From: a bacterium
GTDB lineage: Bacteria > Bdellovibrionota_C > UBA2361 > RFPC01
Direction: 5' to 3'
Length of the DNA stretch: 64,000 nucleotides
Assembly: GCA_009926305.1 (NCBI GenBank)
Contig: RFPC01000005.1
Location: 7,649 to 71,648, forward strand
The notes beneath the pieces were generated by a model. That model did not search any database and was not told where the DNA came from. It was given only the letters and a program-made list of their open reading frames with translations. Numbering within the stretch: position 1 is the stretch's first letter; each line of letters begins with the position of its first letter. Shown one piece after another: positions 58,495 to 64,000 of this stretch. A program made the translations under genes and the position numbers.

Positions 58495-59307
58495 CTATGA
58501 AATAGGCGTTTGGGCATCAGTGGAATCTAAATCATCACTGTTGACGCCATAAGAACTCGCATCATTTTGCTCTGGAGTGTCTTGAATAAGAGTCTCGTTT
58601 GCCTCCTCCGACTCATCTTCTTCACTACTATCTGCGTGCACTTCGAGCTGTTGCAAATCTCGCAGCGTTGGAAGCTCTGAGAGGGAAGAGAGGCCAAAGA
58701 CTTCAAGAAACTGCTGTGTAGTGCCATACAATGCTGGCTGACCTATGGTTTCTTGATGACCCACGATTCGTATGAATCCTTTGTCTATTAAGGTTTTTAA
58801 TGTCGGGGTTGCATCTACCCCACGTATCTTTTCTACATCAGAGCGCACGATTGGCTGACGGTATGCCACGATTGCCAGCGTCTCCATGGCCTGTTGACTG
58901 AGTCGTTTTGGGCGAGTTGCCCTTAGTTGTTTCACAAACAACGCAAATTGCGGTTTGGTACGAAGTTGCAGTTTGCCGCCCACTTCAAATAACTCAACCC
59001 CACTCTCTTCCAGCGACAGCTTCATCTTCACTGACTCTACAAGGTCATCGACTTCTGACTTCTCTAGCCCGATAACGTCTGCGATTTTTCCTTTTGAAAG
59101 CGGTTCTCCACTGACAAACAACAACGATTCAACCAGTGCCTGGCGCTCTGCTTCTCCAAGCTGCTCGAGGATCTCTCTTCTCTGCACTGCTTCCAGTTCA
59201 GCTTCCGAAGCACCATCGGACGAAAAGCTTTTCTCTTCGCTATTTTCTGCGAGCTCTCCATCGACGAGAGCTGACTCGCTTTCTTTGTTCATCCCTGCTT
59301 CTCCCAT
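58495..59307 (-). CDS. scpB: SMC-Scp complex subunit ScpB
   Basis: VESLLFVSGEPL, LSQQAMETLAIVAYRQP, IRGVD, LYGTT..FL..FGL.SL.ELP. Confidence 0.93.
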   Translation of the reverse strand: MGEAGMNKESESALVDGELAENSEEKSFSSDGASEAELEAVQRREILEQLGEAERQALVESLLFVSGEPLSKGKIADVIGLEKSEVDDLVESVKMKLSLEESGVELFEVGGKLQLRTKPQFALFVKQLRATRPKRLSQQAMETLAIVAYRQPIVRSDVEKIRGVDATPTLKTLIDKGFIRIVGHQETIGQPALYGTTQQFLEVFGLSSLSELPTLRDLQQLEVHADSSEEDESEEANETLIQDTPEQNDASSYGVNSDDLDSTDAQTPIS

Positions 59308-59353
59308 GCTTCTCTATCCTTTTCTCGTTGATACCTCTCACTGGTGAATCGGC

Positions 59354-59424
59354 TTCTGTGTCACTACCAAATCATGTATCACTGCCAAATCATGTATCAC
59401 TGCCAAATCATGTATCACTGCCAA
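59354..59424. repeat. Tandem repeat, 3 x 18 bp plus one degenerate copy (ATCATGTATCACTGCCAA), spanning the scpA stop
   Basis: Exact units at 59371, 59389 and 59407; the 59407 unit contains the last scpA codons and its TGA. Confidence 0.9.
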
Positions 59425-60322
59425 CGACTAACTTTATAGGAGCAGCTTCTCGAACTTCTGGCCGATGTTCATTTGAGGACGCGTCGTCAAATTCGGAACT
59501 AAAAACCATAGACGCCAGAGTATCAGCGACCTTGGTTTCTTCATCCTCTTTCTTCAACGAAACAAGAATCTCGCTCTCCTCTTGGTGCACTAACAAAACT
59601 TGTCGTTTCGACAACTCGAGTAAGGCGATGAACGTCCCCACTACGTACGCTCGTTGTAAACGCTCAGATTTTGCCGTCCCTAAAACGAGCGACTCAAAAC
59701 TCATTGGTGAACTTGCTGTCTTTAACAGCTCCAAAACTCCCATCATCTGGTCTACAATCGAGACACTATCGAGAGTAATTTGATAACGCACCTCCTCTTC
59801 GCCCGCTTTTTCAAGCAATTTCTTGAACGCAACTCCGAGTAAATACGGGTCATGGACTCGATACGATTCTTGCGGCACCGGGAACTCTTGAAGGGTAGAA
59901 ATTGGAGCAAATACTTCCCTGTTCAATACGGGCCTGTCGTTCAGCAGCGCTGCACCATCTAAATAAATAGCAGCTTCTTTTAATCGAAGAAGCAGCTCTT
60001 CATGAGGATCAACTAAGTTGCCTTCATCATCCAGCTCTAACTCTACAGGCTCCTGGAGTAACACCGCTGATTTAATGGAGAGCAATGTAGAGGCAATGAC
60101 AAGATATTCTCCTGCTATCTCAAGGTCTACGGAACGCATCTTCTCAAGGCATGCCACGTACTGGTCTGCAACGTAAGCGAGAGAGATCTTCTCAATCTCC
60201 ATCTCGTTCTTTTTCACGAGATGAAGCAGTAAGTCTATGGGGCCAAGGAAGTGGTCGAGTTCAACCGTAAATAGCGGATCAGTGGAAACCGCTTCTGTTG
60301 ATACCGCCTTCATTGCTTGCAT
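59408..60322 (-). CDS. scpA: Segregation and condensation protein ScpA (start uncertain; frame open to 60475)
   Basis: F.GP.DLLLHLV, AGEYLV.AS.LL.IKS..LL, FIALLELSK. Confidence 0.9.
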   Translation of the reverse strand: MQAMKAVSTEAVSTDPLFTVELDHFLGPIDLLLHLVKKNEMEIEKISLAYVADQYVACLEKMRSVDLEIAGEYLVIASTLLSIKSAVLLQEPVELELDDEGNLVDPHEELLLRLKEAAIYLDGAALLNDRPVLNREVFAPISTLQEFPVPQESYRVHDPYLLGVAFKKLLEKAGEEEVRYQITLDSVSIVDQMMGVLELLKTASSPMSFESLVLGTAKSERLQRAYVVGTFIALLELSKRQVLLVHQEESEILVSLKKEDEETKVADTLASMVFSSEFDDASSNEHRPEVREAAPIKLVVGSDT

Positions 60323-60460
60323 ATCGGGAACCCTCTCTCCTTGGTGGTATCCCGTGGAAGGGGTGTATCGAGTAGAATCTTCAGTTGTATTCAAATTATC
60401 TTCCTCTAGAGGATCTCCCTCTTTTTTACTTCGTACGAGATTCAATTGAAAGTCCAGGCA

Positions 60461-60530
60461 CATTGCATGTGCCAAAGGTCACTGCACAAGCCAAAGGTCA
60501 TTGCACGTGCCAAAAGTCACTGCACAAGCC
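60461..60530. repeat. 19-bp tandem repeat with alternating A/B variants (38-bp higher-order period)
   Basis: CATTGCATGTGCCAAAGGT / CACTGCACAAGCCAAAGGT / CATTGCACGTGCCAAAAGT / CACTGCACAAGCC. Confidence 0.85.
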
Positions 60531-60753
60531 GACAGTCTTTCGCATCTTCCAGACGAGCCAACACTATAACGTTCCGAGCTGCGACTGCTCACAACCCGTG
60601 AAACCCGCCACATTACTCCTACAGCTTTAACCTACTTTAACCAGCAAATTATTCAAATCAAAAGTCGGCACGAAGACCCTCTGCACGCCATGTTATAGAA
60701 CGTTGTTTTGCCTGTCCAGTGCTTCAACTACCCAGTGTCTCAACCGAGTTGCC

Positions 60754-61536
60754 TCAGGAGGGCGTTTTTCCAATCTGTGAACGGTACGCCGCCAAAAACA
60801 CTGCTGCGGCCTGCGATACATTCAACGAGTCAATCCTCCCGAACATAGGGATTTTCAACAAAAGATCGGCTTCTTTTTGAATGAGAGGCTGCACACCCTT
60901 TCCTTCACTCCCAAGCACCAGAACCACCTTTCCTGGAAGTTCCACTTCATGAATAGACTGCGCCTCACTCCCAACTGCTGCAACACACACCCAAAATCCA
61001 GACTTCTTTAACTCCGCGAGAGCGTTACGGAGGTTTGACACAGGACAGAGGGAAAGCAGTTCACTTGCTCCCGCGCTCACCTTGGTGACTGCTGGGGTAA
61101 TCGAGACTCCCCGATTCCGAGACCACATAACAGCATCTGCTCCAAAGCACTCACTCGCTCGCAAAATGCTGCCCAAATTCTGGGGATCATACAACTCATC
61201 AACAGCCACGACTAGAGCCGTTTCAGCATCATTCAGCCGTTCAATGATAGCAGGAAGTTCTTGATAACTTCGCTCAGAGACCCTTGCTATTACGCCCTGG
61301 TGACTGACCCCCTCAACGAGCTCAGACAACTTCCTCCGCTCTAATACGTGAACAGCAATGTTACCCGAACGAGCATTTTGAACGAGAGCAGGATGCGCCT
61401 TTTCATTCTCAATAAACACCTCAAGCACTCTTCCTGGAGCATGCAGAAGCAACTCGTTGCAGGCATTCACCCCGACTACCAGGTTATTTGCTCTTCCATG
61501 AAGCGACTTATTCTCTCTGCTACGTTTCTTACTCAA
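60754..61536 (-). CDS. rlmB: 23S rRNA (Gm2251) 2'-O-methyltransferase RlmB
   Basis: HQGVIA, DPQNLGSILR, KVSAGA, LGSEGKG, IPM.G.IDSLNVS. Confidence 0.92.
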   Translation of the reverse strand: MSKKRSRENKSLHGRANNLVVGVNACNELLLHAPGRVLEVFIENEKAHPALVQNARSGNIAVHVLERRKLSELVEGVSHQGVIARVSERSYQELPAIIERLNDAETALVVAVDELYDPQNLGSILRASECFGADAVMWSRNRGVSITPAVTKVSAGASELLSLCPVSNLRNALAELKKSGFWVCVAAVGSEAQSIHEVELPGKVVLVLGSEGKGVQPLIQKEADLLLKIPMFGRIDSLNVSQAAAVFLAAYRSQIGKTPS

Positions 61537-61581
61537 ATAAACTCCATTCTCGGAGAGAACAGGATAAAAGCGCCAAGCTGG

Positions 61582-62871
61582 CTACCTTCGGACTGAGTAG
61601 TCTCGTACCGTCCCCTTCGCCTCAACTGCACTGTTTAGTCGCTTTAAGGCCGAAATGTAGGCACACGTTCTCAGGTCCGTTCTATGTTCCTTCTGCAATT
61701 CGATAACTTCAGCTGATGCCTTATCGATGATCTGCTTGAGTTTCTTTTGCACCTCTTCCTCTTCCCAGTACAATCCTTGTCGATTCTGAACCCATTCGAA
61801 ATAACTCACCGTCACACCACCGGCATTGGCCAAAATATCTGGGAGAACATGAATCCCGTTTTCGAAAAGAATCTCATCTGCCTCTGGAGTCGTTGGTCCA
61901 TTCGCTAACTCAACGATTATTTTCGCTTTGATGCGCGAGGCATTCTCTTTCGTAATAACATTTTCAAGGGCTGCTGGTGCAAGAATATCTACATCGAGCT
62001 CAAGCAGTTCCTCGTTCGTTAGTCGAGTATGGTCGACTGGATCACATACAGAGCCCTGGCAATATACCGCCTCTAAGTTCCGCGTTTCCCTCTTTACTTT
62101 GTAAACACTGACGGGGTCTAGCCCTTCTTCTTTATAAATAGCACCCTTTGAGTCTGAAACTGCTACAATCTTGTGCCCTGCCTCGTGTGCAAGCCTTGCA
62201 AAGTGATAGCCCACATTTCCAAACCCCTGAACGGCTATTCGCAACTGCTTGCCTGATGCTCCTAGAGTATCACGCACTGCTTCCATGCAATAAAATCCAC
62301 CTCTTCCTGTGGCATCTTCTCGTCCAAGCGATCCTCCAAGTGCAATCGGCTTTCCCGTAATGATAGACGGTGTGTACGCTCTTCGAATATTTGAATATTC
62401 ATCAACCATCCACCCCATAATCATACTGTTGGTGTAAACATCTGGAGCTGGGATATCAACATCAGGACCTATGAAGTCAGCGATAGCTGACATATATCCG
62501 CGTGACAAACGCTCGGTTTCTAAAAGCGACAACTCTTTCGGATTCACTGTTACTCCACCCTTACCGCCTCCGTATGGAATTCCAACCACGGCGCACTTGA
62601 ACGTCATCCAAAATGCGAGTGAGCTTACCTCATCTAGATTAACGTCTGGGTGAAAACGAATACCTCCTTTCGAAGGTCCCAACAGGTCATTATACCGCAC
62701 TCGGTATCCCTGAAAGACTTTTAAGCTTCCATCATCCATTCGAACGGGAATCGAAACACTGAGACTTGCCTTGGGAGAACGAAGTCGTTGTTCCGACTCT
62801 ATATCAATCTTGTAAAAACCAAGTGCTTTATCCAACTGACGAATAGCTTGTTCAAAGGTTGAGTCTGCCAT
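61582..62871 (-). CDS. gdhA: Glutamate dehydrogenase
   Basis: GPSKGGIRFHP, MTFKCA...PYGGGKGG, DIPAPDV, GGSLGR..ATG.G, QGFGNVG, NAGGVTVSYFEWVQN. Confidence 0.93.
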   Translation of the reverse strand: MADSTFEQAIRQLDKALGFYKIDIESEQRLRSPKASLSVSIPVRMDDGSLKVFQGYRVRYNDLLGPSKGGIRFHPDVNLDEVSSLAFWMTFKCAVVGIPYGGGKGGVTVNPKELSLLETERLSRGYMSAIADFIGPDVDIPAPDVYTNSMIMGWMVDEYSNIRRAYTPSIITGKPIALGGSLGREDATGRGGFYCMEAVRDTLGASGKQLRIAVQGFGNVGYHFARLAHEAGHKIVAVSDSKGAIYKEEGLDPVSVYKVKRETRNLEAVYCQGSVCDPVDHTRLTNEELLELDVDILAPAALENVITKENASRIKAKIIVELANGPTTPEADEILFENGIHVLPDILANAGGVTVSYFEWVQNRQGLYWEEEEVQKKLKQIIDKASAEVIELQKEHRTDLRTCAYISALKRLNSAVEAKGTVRDYSVRR

Positions 62872-62894
62872 GTAGTTTCTCCTGTAAATCCCCC

Positions 62895-64000
62895 TTACGG
62901 CTCCGGCTGAAGCCCATTCCCAAACTCCTGTGAAACCTCACAAAGTCGAGCATTTTTCGCAACTGAAAAGTAGCACCCCACGAGCTGAGCAACATATTTT
63001 TCAGGGCTAAGCGCTGCTTGAACCTCCGATATGACCGCATCCCTCAGCGTTGGCGATACCTTCAGCGAAAGCAGCGATTGTATGCCCCGTTGGATATCAT
63101 CCACCGAGTGGGGATTGCAAGTCTCCAAAAGCTCCTGGCTTACCCGTAAGGAGCCCATTACCAAGCCAACGGATGTGAGCACAGGCGTCCCCTGAGAGAG
63201 GCTTTCGTAGATGGGGTAACCAAACCCTTCAGCTAACGAAGGGAAAAGTGTCACAGATGCCTCCCGATACAGTGCGCAGAGCGTATCATTATCCGGGTGA
63301 TGATGGATTGTTACTTTGCTTCCCTCTATTCCACTAGAACGAATCTGTTCAGAAATGATTGATTCAGCATGGCTATTGGCAAGCACAACGTGAAGCTCCG
63401 CACCCGTTTGGAATTTCTTGTACGCCTGAAGTATGCGGGGAAAGTTTTTTCTTGGGTCTAAACTTCCGAAAGCGAGGAGTATATCCTCGCGCTCACATGA
63501 TTCAGATTGTTCCAAGTCACTACGAGTCCGAAAATGTTCGGCTAGCGGGGGATGAATAACAGTCACTACTTTCGGAACCGGATAGAGTTCTCGCAATTGA
63601 TGAGTGGTATCTTCTAAGTCAGTCACTACGGCTGCAAGCTTTCTCCTTCCAAAAAGGAGTCTAAACATCATTCGATAAAATCGAGCTTTTGCTTTTGCTA
63701 TGAGTCCACGCGGGGCGGAAGGCGGAAATGCCTGGAAAAGATCATGCAAGGTAACAATATTTGTATCACCGCCACCAAAAAGCGGAATTACATTGCTGAA
63801 ACCGTGAAAGATGCCGCTAAAGCGGCCAAGATAAAAAATATCTTGCAGATGACCGAGATAGCGAAGCCCAAGTGGGTTCTTCAGCCATACGAATTCAATT
63901 TTTGATGAGGCTTCTCCTAAGATCAGCTCGAGACGCTCCGCTAACTCTTCATTCCCTGCCCCGATAACACGAACCGCACATCCTTCTGTTAACACTCGCT
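62895..64000 (-). CDS. Glycosyltransferase family 4 (GT-B); 5' end may extend beyond the window
   Basis: VTLHDL, PRKN, FPSLAEGFGYPIYESL..GTPV (E-X7-E motif). Confidence 0.88.
   Translation of the reverse strand, partial: RVLTEGCAVRVIGAGNEELAERLELILGEASSKIEFVWLKNPLGLRYLGHLQDIFYLGRFSGIFHGFSNVIPLFGGGDTNIVTLHDLFQAFPPSAPRGLIAKAKARFYRMMFRLLFGRRKLAAVVTDLEDTTHQLRELYPVPKVVTVIHPPLAEHFRTRSDLEQSESCEREDILLAFGSLDPRKNFPRILQAYKKFQTGAELHVVLANSHAESIISEQIRSSGIEGSKVTIHHHPDNDTLCALYREASVTLFPSLAEGFGYPIYESLSQGTPVLTSVGLVMGSLRVSQELLETCNPHSVDDIQRGIQSLLSLKVSPTLRDAVISEVQAALSPEKYVAQLVGCYFSVAKNARLCEVSQEFGNGLQPEP

Overview
A bacterial chromosomal window (roughly 45-50% GC by eye) whose gene content suggests a deltaproteobacteria-like lineage (Bdellovibrionota/Myxococcota-type; this is inference). 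Most of it is housekeeping or metabolic: class A PBP, MsrA, SseA/SufE, HiPIP, DegP, Map, methylcrotonyl-CoA carboxylase, a split PutA, Fpr, TrmL, RdgB, RNase E/G, MreB, ComEC, UvrBC, Leu and Glu dehydrogenases, ALDH7, tRNA-fMet, RluB, ScpAB and RlmB. The standout is an ~11.4 kb locus (28415-39765) encoding a highly divergent, apparently needle-less type III secretion-like apparatus. It has SctJ, a small FliG-like protein, SctQ, SctR, SctS, SctT-like, a truncated SctU-like protein with no NPTH domain and a TPR chaperone. It also carries three FHA proteins, a receiver protein, two divergently transcribed FliA-like sigma factors and a candidate FlgM-like anti-sigma. No secretin, needle, SctV, ATPase or flagellar genes are in the window. 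Other notable items are about ten short tandem repeats (two with a 24-bp period and a 5-bp-stem/3-nt-loop hairpin), a candidate structured RNA at ~18270-18430, an in-frame fission of PutA and a hybrid kinase whose receiver has Asp replaced by Glu. No CRISPR array, integrase or transposase was seen. All product calls come from motif recognition by eye, not from database searches.
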